Positions 1-8,970 of a stretch of DNA of 64,000 bases are shown one piece after another. The notes below the pieces were generated by a model. That model was not told where the DNA came from. It did not search any database and saw nothing but the letters and a program-made list of their open reading frames with translations. Both the position numbers and the translations under genes were made by a program. Position 1 is the stretch's first letter, and every line of letters starts with the position of its first letter. Source of the stretch: Candidatus Rokubacteria bacterium RIFCSPLOWO2_02_FULL_73_56 (lineage in GTDB: Bacteria; Methylomirabilota; Methylomirabilia; Rokubacteriales; CSP1-6); assembly GCA_001788495.1 (NCBI GenBank), contig MGCF01000111.1, forward strand, positions 9,101-73,100. Reading direction: 5' to 3'.

Positions 1-527
1 CGATGATGGTGCACGGCGTGTCCCCGGGCCCGCTGCTGATCAAGCAGCAGCCCGAGCTGTTCTGGGGGTTCATCGCGTCCATGTACGTGGGCAACGCGGT
101 GCTGCTGATCCTGAACCTGCCGCTCGTGGGCCTGTTCGTGAACCTCCTGCGCATCCCGTACCCCATCCTGTACCCCGCGATCCTGGTCTTCTGCATCCTC
201 GGCGTCTACGCCGTGAACGGCAGCGTCGTGGACGTCTGGATCATGCTGCTCATGGGCGCGCTCGGCTACGTGCTGCGCAAGCTCGACTTCGAGACGGCAC
301 CGATCGTGCTCGGCGTCGTGCTCGCGCCGATGATCGAGATGGCGCTGCGCCAGTCGCTCGCGATGTCGGACGGCCGGTACGCGATCTTCGCGACGCGCCC
401 GATCTCCGCCACGCTGCTCGCGGTGGCGGCCGTCCTCCTGCTGCTGAGCCTCAAGCCGCTCGTCACGCACACGCTGGACTGGCGCGCGCGACTCGCGCTC
501 GCCGAGAAGGGAGAGGGGCATCCATGA
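1..527 (+). CDS. tctA: TctA-family tripartite tricarboxylate transporter large permease, C-terminal part (5' end lies outside the window)
   Basis: The translation is multi-TM and hydrophobic (LLILNLPLVGLFVNLL, LGVVLAPMIEMALRQSL), typical of TctA C-termini. Its stop overlaps the ATG of the next gene (ATGA). Confidence 0.8.
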   Translation, partial: MMVHGVSPGPLLIKQQPELFWGFIASMYVGNAVLLILNLPLVGLFVNLLRIPYPILYPAILVFCILGVYAVNGSVVDVWIMLLMGALGYVLRKLDFETAPIVLGVVLAPMIEMALRQSLAMSDGRYAIFATRPISATLLAVAAVLLLLSLKPLVTHTLDWRARLALAEKGEGHP

Positions 528-1510
528 AGATCATCCGGGCCGCCACGCTGCTCACGCTGCTCCTGCTCGTTGCCGCGCCGCCGGCGGGGGCGCAGGACGC
601 CTACCCGTCGCGGCCGATCGCGCTCGTCGCGCCGTTCCCGCCGGGCGGCGTCGCCGACCTGACCGCCCGCCCCGTCGCGGCCGCCCTCGAGAAGGTGCTG
701 AAGAACCCCGTGGGTGTGGTCAACAAGACCGGCGCGGCGGGCGCCGTGGGCATGCAGTACGTGGCCACGAGCAAGCCGGACGGCTACACGCTGCTGCTCG
801 CGCTCTCCTCGATCTCGATCATCCCGGAGGCGGACAAGCTCTTCGGCCGCCAGCCGGCGTTCACCGTGGACCAGTTCGAGCCGCTCGCGCTGATCTCGGC
901 CGACCCGACGATCCTGGTCGTGCCCGCGGACAAGCCCTGGAAGACGGCGAAGGACTTCATCGAGGACGCCAGGAAGCGGCCCGGCCAGATCTCGTTCAGC
1001 TCGTCGGGCGTCTACGGCACGCTCCACATGGCGATGGAGCTGCTCTCGCACGCGGCCGGGATCAAGCTTCGCCACGTGCCCTACGCGGGCGCTGGGCCGG
1101 CGCTCACGGCGATCCTCGGCGGCCACGTGGACGCCCTCGCCTCGGGCCCGGCCGTCGTGCTGCCCCACATCAAGTCCGGCAAGCTCCGTCCGCTCGCCGG
1201 CTGGGGCGACACGCGCGTGGCCGCGCTGCCGGACGTGCCGACCTTCAAGGAGCTCGGCTACCCGGACGCGGAGTTCTACATCTGGGCCGGCGTCTTCGCC
1301 CCGCGGGGCACACCCGAGTCCGCGCTCGCCAGGCTCCGCGGGGCGCTCCGCGAGGCCGTCGAGGATCCAGCCTTCAAGGGCGCGATGGACAAGCTGCAGA
1401 CGCCCATCGCGTTCAAGCAGGGGGCGGAGTTCCAGCGCTTCTTCGAGACCGACGCCCGGCGTCTGGCCGAGGGCGTGCGGAAGGTGGGCAAGATCGAGAT
1501 CAAGAAGTAG
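524..1510 (+). CDS. tctC: Bug/TctC-family periplasmic tricarboxylate-binding receptor
   Basis: Signal peptide ending AGAQDAYPSRPI, followed by PFPPGGVADLTARP and the Bug-family pattern KPDGYTLL and SSSGVYGTLH. It is translationally coupled to the upstream TctA gene. Confidence 0.9.
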   Translation: MKIIRAATLLTLLLLVAAPPAGAQDAYPSRPIALVAPFPPGGVADLTARPVAAALEKVLKNPVGVVNKTGAAGAVGMQYVATSKPDGYTLLLALSSISIIPEADKLFGRQPAFTVDQFEPLALISADPTILVVPADKPWKTAKDFIEDARKRPGQISFSSSGVYGTLHMAMELLSHAAGIKLRHVPYAGAGPALTAILGGHVDALASGPAVVLPHIKSGKLRPLAGWGDTRVAALPDVPTFKELGYPDAEFYIWAGVFAPRGTPESALARLRGALREAVEDPAFKGAMDKLQTPIAFKQGAEFQRFFETDARRLAEGVRKVGKIEIKK

Positions 1511-1520
1511 AATTGACGGC

Positions 1521-2069
1521 ATGGCGATCCTGAAGGTCGCGCGCCTCGGGCACCCGGTGCTCCGGCAGCCGGCCCGGCCGGTCCCGCTCGACGCCATCCG
1601 GGCGCCCGAGACGCAGCGGCTCATCGACGACATGATCGAGACCATGCGCGAGTACGACGGCGCCGGGCTCGCCGCGAACCAGGTCCACGTGCTCCAGCAG
1701 GTCTGCGTCATCGAGGTGCTCGGCAACCCGCGCTACCCCGACGCGCCGCACATCCCGCTGACGGTCGTGATCGACCCGGTCGTGACGCCGCTCACGGACG
1801 AGATGGAGGAGGGCTGGGAGGGCTGCCTCTCGGTCCCGGACATGCGGGGCATGGTCCCGCGCCTGACGGCGGTGCGGCTCGAGTGCTGGGACCGGGAGGC
1901 GCGCCGGGTGGACGTGATCGCCAAGGACTTCTTCGCGCGCGTCATCCAGCACGAGATCGACCACCTGAACGGGATCGTGTACCTGGACCGGATGCGCAAC
2001 CTCGCGACGCTCGCGCACATCGCCGAGTGGAACAAGCACTGGCTCGGCAGCCGTGAACACGCCGACTGA
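1521..2069 (+). CDS. def: Peptide deformylase
   Basis: All three Def motifs are present: GAGLAANQV, EGCLSVP and HEIDHLNG. Confidence 0.95.
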   Translation: MAILKVARLGHPVLRQPARPVPLDAIRAPETQRLIDDMIETMREYDGAGLAANQVHVLQQVCVIEVLGNPRYPDAPHIPLTVVIDPVVTPLTDEMEEGWEGCLSVPDMRGMVPRLTAVRLECWDREARRVDVIAKDFFARVIQHEIDHLNGIVYLDRMRNLATLAHIAEWNKHWLGSREHAD

Positions 2070-2121
2070 GTCCATGGGGGGCTCCGGGCGCCCCCCAGGC
2101 CCCCCGGCGCTCGGGACGCCG

Positions 2122-2505
2122 ATGCTGCGCCGTGACGCCCCTCGACAGCGCGATTCGTTCACGGGCTCTGAGGGCGTCCTCGCCGCCGTCGCCGACCTCT
2201 TCTTCGTCGCGCGCATCCGTGAGACCGCGCGGCTCACGGGCGTGTCCGTCGAGTTCGCGCGGACGCCCGAGCAGGTCGAGGCCGCCGTCGCCCGCGGGCC
2301 GCGCTTCGCGCTCCTCGACCTGACCGCCGGCTGGGACTACGAGCGCGTGCTCCAGGCGCTCGCCGGCGTGCCCGTGCTGGGCTTCACGACCCACGCGCTC
2401 GCGCGCCAGACCCAGCCGTGGCACGAGCGCTGCGCGCGCGTCGTCACCAAGGAGACGCTCACGCAGGAGCTGCCCCGGCTGCTCCGGGAGGGAGTCGGCG
2501 CGTGA
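2122..2505 (+). CDS. Hypothetical protein with a possibly degenerate receiver-like fold
   Basis: The frame has high GC3. Alternating beta/alpha-like segments (VLAAVADLFF, VSVEFA, FALLDLT) resemble a CheY-like fold. The stop overlaps the GTG of the next gene (GTGA at 2502-2505). The start is uncertain, with alternatives at 2053 and 2074. Confidence 0.45.
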   Translation: MLRRDAPRQRDSFTGSEGVLAAVADLFFVARIRETARLTGVSVEFARTPEQVEAAVARGPRFALLDLTAGWDYERVLQALAGVPVLGFTTHALARQTQPWHERCARVVTKETLTQELPRLLREGVGA

Positions 2506-3161
2506 CCGCCGAGGAGTTCGTCCGCGCGCTCGACGCCGACACTGCGGGGCGGCTCGACCGCCTGGCGCCCGACGACACGCTCAAGCCCGAGGTCGCGGGC
2601 GAGCTGACCGTGGTGAACCTCCTGAAGGTCGCCCTCCGGAACGAGGTCGAGGCGACGGAGATCGCGGCGCGCTGGCTCGTGGCGACCGACGACCTCGAGG
2701 TGAAGCTCGCGCTCGCACGGCAGGTGGGCGACGAGGCGAAGCACTATCGCATGATCGCCGACCGGCTGCGCGCGCTCGGGTTCGCCGCGACGACGTTCGA
2801 CCCGCTCGCCAGGGGGTACGGACCGCTCTTCACGTACCTCGACACGCTCGAAACCACCGTCGAGCGGGTCGCCGCCGGGCAGTTCACGCGCGAGGCGATC
2901 GCGGTCGTGAAGAACCGGCAGTTCATCGCCTTCTGCGAGGCGGCCGGCGACCGGGAGACCGCGGCCCTCTACCGCGACGTGATCGAGCCCGACGAGCGCC
3001 ACCACCACGAGCTGGGTCGCCGGCTCCTGCTGCGCCTGGCGACGACTCCCGAGGCGCAGGACGCCGCCCGGCGCGCGGCGCGCCGCACGCTCGAGCTGGC
3101 CGAGGAGCTCCAGCGCACGGCGCTCAGCACGGCCGGCATCCACCACGCCCCGGGCTGCTGA
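2502..3161 (+). CDS. Ferritin-like (di-iron carboxylate type) domain protein
   Basis: Two E...ExxH-type helices are present (EVEATEIAARW and GDEAKHYRM; TREAIAVV and PDERHHHELG). GTG start at 2502, coupled to the upstream ORF. Confidence 0.65.
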   Translation: MTAEEFVRALDADTAGRLDRLAPDDTLKPEVAGELTVVNLLKVALRNEVEATEIAARWLVATDDLEVKLALARQVGDEAKHYRMIADRLRALGFAATTFDPLARGYGPLFTYLDTLETTVERVAAGQFTREAIAVVKNRQFIAFCEAAGDRETAALYRDVIEPDERHHHELGRRLLLRLATTPEAQDAARRAARRTLELAEELQRTALSTAGIHHAPGC

Positions 3162-3178
3162 CGGCCCGCCGGCGACGC

Positions 3179-3997
3179 ATGGACCCGGCCCTCCGCACCT
3201 TCCGCGACCGCGTCGCCGCCGCCGACGTGGATCTCGCGGGCGCGGCGCTCGCGGTCGCCGAGATCGAGCACCCCGACCTCCGCCCGGCGGCGCACCTGGC
3301 GCGGCTCGACGAGCTCGCCGTCCGCTCCGGCGCGGGCGCGGTGCGCGGCGCGCGGGCCCGGCTCGACCGGCTGCGCGCGTTCCTGTTCGAGGAGGAGGGC
3401 TTTCGCGGCAACGCCGAGGACTACTACGATCCGCGCAACAGCTGTCTCAACGACGTCCTCGACCGGCGGCTCGGCATCCCGATCACGCTCTGCCTCGTCG
3501 CGCTCGAGGTGGGCCGGCGCGTCGGGCTCGTGCTCGACGGCATCGGGCTGCCGGGGCACTTCGTCGCGGGCGCGCGGATCGGCGCCGAGGTCGTGCTGCT
3601 CGACGCGTTCGGCGGCGGCGCGGTCCTGGACCGCGGCGCCGCCGAGGCGCTGGTCGCGCGGGCGGTGGGGCGGGCCGTCCGGCTCCGCGACGAGCACTTC
3701 GCCCCGGTGTCCGGAAGGCAGATCGTCGCGCGGATGCTGCGGAACCTCCAGGGCGCGTACGCCAAGCGCCAGGCGTGGGACCGGGCCCTGGCCGTCGTGG
3801 ACCGGCTCCTCGTCGTGGACGGCGAGGCGAGCGTGCACGTGCGCGATCGCGGGACCGCGCTCGTCAAGCTGGGCCGGCTCCAGCACGGCGCCGCCGAATG
3901 GGAGCGCTACCTCCGCGGCGTGCCGGGCGCGTCGGACGCCGAGCAGGTGCGGGAGGAGCTGCGGCGCGTGCGCCAGCTGCTGGGCGAGCGCAACTAG
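3179..3997 (+). CDS. SirB1-like protein (transglutaminase-like N-domain plus TPR-like C-domain, UPF0162)
   Basis: Family signature FLFEEEGFRGNAEDYYDPRNSCLNDVLDRRLGIPITLCLVALEVGRRVGL...GLPGHFV. Confidence 0.8.
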   Translation: MDPALRTFRDRVAAADVDLAGAALAVAEIEHPDLRPAAHLARLDELAVRSGAGAVRGARARLDRLRAFLFEEEGFRGNAEDYYDPRNSCLNDVLDRRLGIPITLCLVALEVGRRVGLVLDGIGLPGHFVAGARIGAEVVLLDAFGGGAVLDRGAAEALVARAVGRAVRLRDEHFAPVSGRQIVARMLRNLQGAYAKRQAWDRALAVVDRLLVVDGEASVHVRDRGTALVKLGRLQHGAAEWERYLRGVPGASDAEQVREELRRVRQLLGERN

Positions 3998-3999
3998 AT

Positions 4000-4106
4000 T
4001 GATGTCGGGGGGAGCGCCCGCCGCTCCCCCCGACACCCCCCAACGGGATCGCGGGTACGGGATTCCTTCACGCCCTCGGCAGTGACGTCGGGGGGAGCGC
4101 CCGCCG
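4000..4106. repeat. 24-nt direct repeat, two copies with one mismatch, in the intergenic region
   Basis: tgatgtcggggggagcgcccgccg at 4000-4023 and tgacgtcggggggagcgcccgccg at 4083-4106. The first copy forms the left half of the hairpin at 4003-4035. Confidence 0.7.
4003..4035 (+). terminator. Perfect 14-bp GC-rich hairpin just downstream of the SirB1-like gene (terminator-like, no U tract)
   Basis: tgtcggggggagcg (4003-4016), loop cccgc, then cgctccccccgaca (4022-4035), 6 nt after the TAG at 3995-3997. It is followed by a C-run rather than a T-run. Confidence 0.4.
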
Positions 4107-4154
4107 AGCCGCCGGCGTTCTTGAACGGGGCCCCGGCCGGAGTAGACTAGGCGT

Positions 4155-5450
4155 ATGCTGCCGCGGCACCCGGTGTTCCGTGCCGTCGCCTGGATCCTCG
4201 TCGTCTCGCTCCTCGCCGGCGCCTGCGCCTCGCGCAGCGTGGCGCCGATCGGTGCGGGCGGCCACCCGTTCAAGCCGGAGGCCGACGAGCGGCAGCTCTG
4301 GGCGCAGGCCGAGAAGGAGGAGGAGAAACTCCTCAAGCGCGTCAAGGTCTACGACGATCCGCTGCTCGAGGAGTACCTGGCGCGCGTCGGCGACCGGCTG
4401 CTGCCGGCCGAGGTGAAGGCGGCGGGCGGGCCGGGCTTCAGGTTCGGCGTCATGAGCGACCCGACGCTCAACGCCTTCGCGATGCCGAACGGCCGCATCT
4501 ACGTGCACACCGGCCTGCTGGCGCGCCTGGACAACGAGGCGCAGCTCGCGATGATCCTGGCCCACGAGATGACGCACGTGACCCACCGGCACGCCCTCAG
4601 CTTCAACCGCGACGCGCGGAACAAGCAGATCCTCTACACGGTGCTGGCAGTGGCGGCATCGATCGGCGTCGCGGTCGCCGCCGGCTCGCGGGCGCAATCC
4701 GGGGACTATGTCGGCGCGCAGGTGCTGAGCCAGACGGCGAACGCGATCCTCGGCATCGGCTTGCAGCTCGCCGTGCTGGCGGCGATCAACGGCTACGGCC
4801 GCGACCTCGAACGCGAGGCGGACACCGAGGGCATGGCGCGGCTCGTCCGCGCCGGCTACGACCCGAAGGAGGCACCGAAGGTCTTCGAGCTGCTGCGCAG
4901 CGAGGGCAAGGACCGCGGCAGCCTCGAGGCGTTCTTCTTCGGCAGCCACCCGCGGCTCACGGAGCGGCTCGAGACGACCGGTGAGCTCCTGCGCACGCGG
5001 TACGCCGCCGCGGCCGCGGCGCCGGACGCGGTGCGGAGCACCGAGGACTTCGGCCTCCGGATGCGCACGGTGGTGCGCGACAACGCGGCGCTCGACCTCC
5101 GGGCGGGCCGGTTCACGCTCGCGCGGGAGCAGCTCGACCGCGTGCTCGCGCTCACGCCGCGCGATCCGACGGCGCACCTCTACTACGGCGACCTCTACCG
5201 GCTGCAGTCCCAGCGTACGCGGAACGCCGCCGAGCGCGAGGAGCTGGCGCGGAAGGCGCTCGTGAGCTACGAGCGCGCGGCGGAGCTCGATCCGAAGTTC
5301 CCGGACCCGTTCCGCCAGCTCGGCTTCCTCTACTACCAGCAGAAGCAGAACGCGCGCGCCCACGACGCCTTCACGAAGTACCTCGCCCTCAAGCCCGACG
5401 CGCCCGACGGGCGACGCATCAGGGAGTACCTGATCGAGCTCGAGCGCTGA
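4155..5450 (+). CDS. M48-family zinc metalloprotease lipoprotein with a C-terminal TPR region
   Basis: Lipobox LLAGAC, HExxH as AHEMTHVTHRH, a downstream E in READTEG, and a TPR-like C-terminus (DPTAHLYYGDLYRL..., AELDPKFPDPFRQLGFLYYQQ). Confidence 0.85.
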   Translation: MLPRHPVFRAVAWILVVSLLAGACASRSVAPIGAGGHPFKPEADERQLWAQAEKEEEKLLKRVKVYDDPLLEEYLARVGDRLLPAEVKAAGGPGFRFGVMSDPTLNAFAMPNGRIYVHTGLLARLDNEAQLAMILAHEMTHVTHRHALSFNRDARNKQILYTVLAVAASIGVAVAAGSRAQSGDYVGAQVLSQTANAILGIGLQLAVLAAINGYGRDLEREADTEGMARLVRAGYDPKEAPKVFELLRSEGKDRGSLEAFFFGSHPRLTERLETTGELLRTRYAAAAAAPDAVRSTEDFGLRMRTVVRDNAALDLRAGRFTLAREQLDRVLALTPRDPTAHLYYGDLYRLQSQRTRNAAEREELARKALVSYERAAELDPKFPDPFRQLGFLYYQQKQNARAHDAFTKYLALKPDAPDGRRIREYLIELER

Positions 5451-5629
5451 GCCGGGGCCGCGCGCACGGGTGACGATGCTCGTCGCCCCGTAGTCGTCCT
5501 GGCACTCGCCCGCGGGCCGGCGTCGGCCCGACCGTCCGGGAAGCACCCGGAATCTCAGCACATCACGACCGGTGGCACCTGCCTTGCAGCCATTCCCGGA
5601 ACGACCGGCTCCAATCGAGGAGGCCCGCG

Positions 5630-6808
5630 ATGGCGTGTCCGCGCTGCAAGGCAGCAGAGGTATCGGGCGAGCGGTGTCCACGGTGTGGCGTCGTGGTCGC
5701 GATCTATCTGGCCGCGCTCGAGAAGATGCGCCAGGCGCCGGGGCCTCGCGCCGCGGCGCCGCCCGCGCCGCAGACGTCCGCGCCCGCACCGGTCGCGCCG
5801 GTCGCCGCCCCGTCGCCGCCCGCGGCGGCGCGCCCGCGCGCGACGAACGGCGCGCCCGCGCCGGGGCGGGTCGTCCATTCGCTCGCGTTCCACGGCCGCG
5901 GCGGGACGCTCTTCGGCATCCAGATCGTGAACATGCTCCGCGCGCTCCTGACCCTGGGCGTCTACTACTTCTGGGGCAAGGTCCGGGTGCGTCGCTACGT
6001 GCTCGGCCAGAGCGGGCTCGAGGGCGACCGGTTCGCGTACCACGGCACGGGCGGCGAGCTCGCGCGCGGGTTCGCGACGGCGCTGATCGTCTTCATCCTG
6101 CCCGTGGTCGCGCTCGCCCTGCTGCCGGAGCTCCTCGGCGCGGGCCAGCCGGTCGAGGCCGCCGCGCAGTTCCTGGCCTACGTCGTCGTCTCGGTGTTCG
6201 TGCCGGTGGCGATGGTCGGCGCGCACCGCTACCGGCTGAGCCGCACGTCGTGGCGGGGGATCCGCTTCGCGTTCCGCGGGCGGACCCGGGACTTCGTCAA
6301 GCTGTTCCTGGCAGGCTCGCTCCTGACCTCGCTGACGCTCGGCCTGTACTACCCGGTGTTCGACACGCGCCGGCGCGCCTTCCTGGTGTCGCACGCGGCC
6401 TTCGGCAATCGCCGGTTCGGCTTCGACGGGCAGGGGCGGCAGCTCCTGCGCCCGTTCCTCACGGCGCTCCTGCTCACGCTGCCGACGCTCGGCCTCGCCT
6501 GGTTCTGGTACGTGGCGCGCAAGCGCCGCTACTTCTGGACGCACACGACGTTCGGGCGCGCCCGCTTCCGCTCCACGGTGACCGGACGGCTGCTCCTCAA
6601 GCTGACCGCCGGCAACGTGCTCCTGCTCGCGCTGACGCTCGGGCTCGGCTGGCCGTGGGTGCTGGTCCGCAACGCGCGGTTCGCCTGCGAGACCGTCAAG
6701 CTCGACGGGGTGCTCGACCTCTCCGGCGTCGCGCAGGCGTCCCAGGCGGAGGCCGCGACCGGCGACGCGCTCTCGACCTTCCTCGGGATGGACGTCGGCA
6801 TCGCCTAG
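5630..6808 (+). CDS. YjgN/DUF898-family multi-pass membrane protein with an N-terminal zinc ribbon
   Basis: N-terminal CPRC...CPRC zinc ribbon and a Pro/Ala-rich linker. DUF898-like repeats follow (LTLGVYYFWGKVRVRRY, SLTLGLYYPVFDTRRRAF, LTLGLGWPWVLVR). A strong RBS (GGAGG) precedes the ATG. Confidence 0.8.
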   Translation: MACPRCKAAEVSGERCPRCGVVVAIYLAALEKMRQAPGPRAAAPPAPQTSAPAPVAPVAAPSPPAAARPRATNGAPAPGRVVHSLAFHGRGGTLFGIQIVNMLRALLTLGVYYFWGKVRVRRYVLGQSGLEGDRFAYHGTGGELARGFATALIVFILPVVALALLPELLGAGQPVEAAAQFLAYVVVSVFVPVAMVGAHRYRLSRTSWRGIRFAFRGRTRDFVKLFLAGSLLTSLTLGLYYPVFDTRRRAFLVSHAAFGNRRFGFDGQGRQLLRPFLTALLLTLPTLGLAWFWYVARKRRYFWTHTTFGRARFRSTVTGRLLLKLTAGNVLLLALTLGLGWPWVLVRNARFACETVKLDGVLDLSGVAQASQAEAATGDALSTFLGMDVGIA

Positions 6809-6810
6809 CG

Positions 6811-7905
6811 ATGCCGACGGTCTTCAGCGCCCACTATCTCGACGGGCGGACCGCCGAGCGCCGGCCCGCCTCCGTCCGCGTCGGCGCCGCCGGGCTCGAG
6901 ATCACGCTCCCGGACGGTCGCACGCACCGCTGGCCGCTCGCTGACGTCCGGCAGACGCAGGGGTTCTACGCGGGCGAGCAGGTCCGCCTCGAGCGCGGCC
7001 GCGCCGTCCCCGAGGTCCTCCTGGTGGAGGACCCGGCGCTGCTGGCGGCGCTCAGGCGCGCCGGGGGCGCGGGCCGGAGCTTCCACGGCCCGCGGCGCCG
7101 GAGCCTGCGCGTGCTGCTCACCGGCCTGGCCGCGCTCGCCGTGGTCGCCCTCGCCGGCGCCCTCCACGTCTGGGGCGTCCCGGCCGCCTCGAGCGTCGTG
7201 GCGTCGCTGCTCCCGGTGGCGTGGGAGGACAGGATCGGCGGCGCGGCGGTCGCCCAGATCGTGCCGCCGGAGCGGCGGTGCCCCGACACGACGCTCAACG
7301 CCGTGCTGGACGCGCTCGTCGCCCGGCTGGTCGCGCAGGCGCCCCCCACGTACCGCATCCGGGTCACGGTCATGGACCACCCGGCCGTCAACGCGTTCGC
7401 CGCACCGGGCGGCCACGTCGTGGTCTTCCGCGGGCTGCTCCAGCGCACGCGCACGCCCGAGGAGCTGGCGGGCGTCCTCGCCCACGAGCTCCAGCACGTC
7501 TACCACCGCCACGGCACGCGGCTCCTCGTGCAGCACGCCTCCGCGGCGCTCCTGGTGGCCGCGGTCGCGGGCGACGTGAGCGCGCTGACGGCCTACAGCC
7601 TCGAGGCCGCGCGCGTGCTCGGCACGCTCCGCTACGCGCGCCAGCACGAGGCGGAGGCCGACGCGGACGGCCTGCGCATGCTCGTCGCCGCGCGGATCGA
7701 CCCGGACGGGATGGTGTCCTTCCTCGAGACGCTCGCGGCGCGCGAGCAGGATCGGCCGGCGGTGCTCGCGTACCTTTCCTCGCACCCGGCCACCGAGGAG
7801 CGGATCGCCGCGCTCCGGCGCCTCGCCGCGGAGGTCCGCACGCCGGTGGCGCCGATCGTCACGGGCAGCGACTGGAAGGACGTCACCCGCCTCTGCGGCG
7901 CCTGA
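6811..7905 (+). CDS. M48-family zinc metalloprotease with an N-terminal soluble domain and a TM segment
   Basis: ATG lies 2 nt after the DUF898 stop. HExxH as AHELQHVYHRH, and a downstream EAEADADG. The ORF-track entry 5572-7905 is the same frame extended upstream through non-coding shadow. Confidence 0.85.
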   Translation: MPTVFSAHYLDGRTAERRPASVRVGAAGLEITLPDGRTHRWPLADVRQTQGFYAGEQVRLERGRAVPEVLLVEDPALLAALRRAGGAGRSFHGPRRRSLRVLLTGLAALAVVALAGALHVWGVPAASSVVASLLPVAWEDRIGGAAVAQIVPPERRCPDTTLNAVLDALVARLVAQAPPTYRIRVTVMDHPAVNAFAAPGGHVVVFRGLLQRTRTPEELAGVLAHELQHVYHRHGTRLLVQHASAALLVAAVAGDVSALTAYSLEAARVLGTLRYARQHEAEADADGLRMLVAARIDPDGMVSFLETLAAREQDRPAVLAYLSSHPATEERIAALRRLAAEVRTPVAPIVTGSDWKDVTRLCGA

Positions 7906-8024
7906 CAGGGCCATCCGGGCCACCCGGTTCAGTTCCTTGGGCCAAACGATCTAGGGGGCGCAGGTCGTAAAGCGCCTGTCCTCCGCGGTGTACCATCGAG
8001 CAGGAGCGCCGCGACGAGGACGAG

Positions 8025-8966
8025 ATGACCTGGCGTGGTACGAGGTGCCTGGGCGCCCTGCTCGGGGCGGGGCTCGCGGTCGCGGCCTGCGACCGGACGC
8101 CGCAGCCGATCCCCGTGAGCTTCGCGCGACGTGTCGATGTCGCCGCCGTTCGCCCGGCCGAGGGCACGGACACTCGTCGAGCGCCCGTGCCGCTCCGGGT
8201 CGCGGTCGCCGCCATTCTCTCGCCGAGTCGGAATCTCGACGCCCACCACGACCTCCTCACCTATATCGGGAGACGTCTCGGTCGCGGCGTGCAGCTCTTC
8301 CAGCGCGGAACCTACGCCGAGGTCAACGATCTGCTGAAGCACCGCCAGGTCGATCTGGCGTTCGTCTGTGGTGGGGCTCTCGTCGTGGGCGAGCGGGAAT
8401 TCGGGATGCAGGTGCTGGCGGTTCCGCAGGTCCGTGGCAAGACGGAGTACTACTCCTACCTCATCGTGAGCCGGAAGAGCCGGTACTGGAGGCTCGAGGA
8501 TCTCCGCGGGGAGAGCTTCGCGTTTTCCGACCCCCTGTCGAACTCGGGGCGCCTGGCGATCATCCATACGCTCGTACAGCGTGGCGAGGCTCCGGAACGG
8601 TTCTTCCGTCGCACCGTGTTCACGTACAGCCACGACAACTCGATCCTCGCCGTCGCCGACGGCCTGGTGGATGGCGCCGCCGTCGACAGCCTCGTGTACG
8701 ACTATCTCAGGGCCCGGGATCCGGAAGCGGTGAGCGGGACGCGCGTGATCGCACGGTGGGGGCCCTACGGCATCCCCCCCGTCGTGGTGCACCCGGACCT
8801 CGACCCGGCGCTCCGCTCGGCGCTGCGGCTCTTGCTGCTCTCGATGCACGCCGAGCCCGATGCGAGGAAGATCCTCGATCGGCTGCGCATCGATCGCTTC
8901 GTCGAGGCGGATCCGAGTCTCTTCCAGTCGATCCGTGAGATGGAAGCCCGGGTGAGGGGGCGCTGA
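8025..8966 (+). CDS. PhnD-like (phosphonate/oxyanion-binding, PBP type 2) periplasmic lipoprotein, probable sensor accessory protein
   Basis: Lipobox LAVAAC. PhnD-family pattern: LRVAVAAILSP, YAEVNDLLKHRQVDLAF, YYSYLIVSRKS, FAFSDPLSNSG and AAVDSLVYDY. It lies 4 nt upstream of the kinase gene. Confidence 0.8.
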   Translation: MTWRGTRCLGALLGAGLAVAACDRTPQPIPVSFARRVDVAAVRPAEGTDTRRAPVPLRVAVAAILSPSRNLDAHHDLLTYIGRRLGRGVQLFQRGTYAEVNDLLKHRQVDLAFVCGGALVVGEREFGMQVLAVPQVRGKTEYYSYLIVSRKSRYWRLEDLRGESFAFSDPLSNSGRLAIIHTLVQRGEAPERFFRRTVFTYSHDNSILAVADGLVDGAAVDSLVYDYLRARDPEAVSGTRVIARWGPYGIPPVVVHPDLDPALRSALRLLLLSMHAEPDARKILDRLRIDRFVEADPSLFQSIREMEARVRGR

Positions 8967-8970
8967 GGCC

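Noticed and set aside
266-1726. Long antisense or alternate-frame ORFs throughout the window. Examples are 266-1726(-), 4068-5789(-), 5555-6544(-), 8707-10305(-), 11228-13888(-), 11413-13869(+), 20982-24113(+), 23572-26841(+), 30153-32045(+), 46099-49248(-) and 62028-63980(-).
   Set aside because: Their translations are Arg/Pro/Gly/Ala-rich low-complexity strings with no family motifs. They lie opposite to, or out of frame with, genes that have clear signatures. Stop-poor shadow frames are expected at this GC content.
5572-6810. The N-terminal 413 codons of the 777-aa track ORF 5572-7905, which would make a giant fusion upstream of the second M48 protease.
   Set aside because: This part overlaps the well-supported DUF898 gene in another frame and translates to an Arg/Pro-rich string. 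The protease homology begins only at the ATG at 6811, 2 nt after the DUF898 stop.
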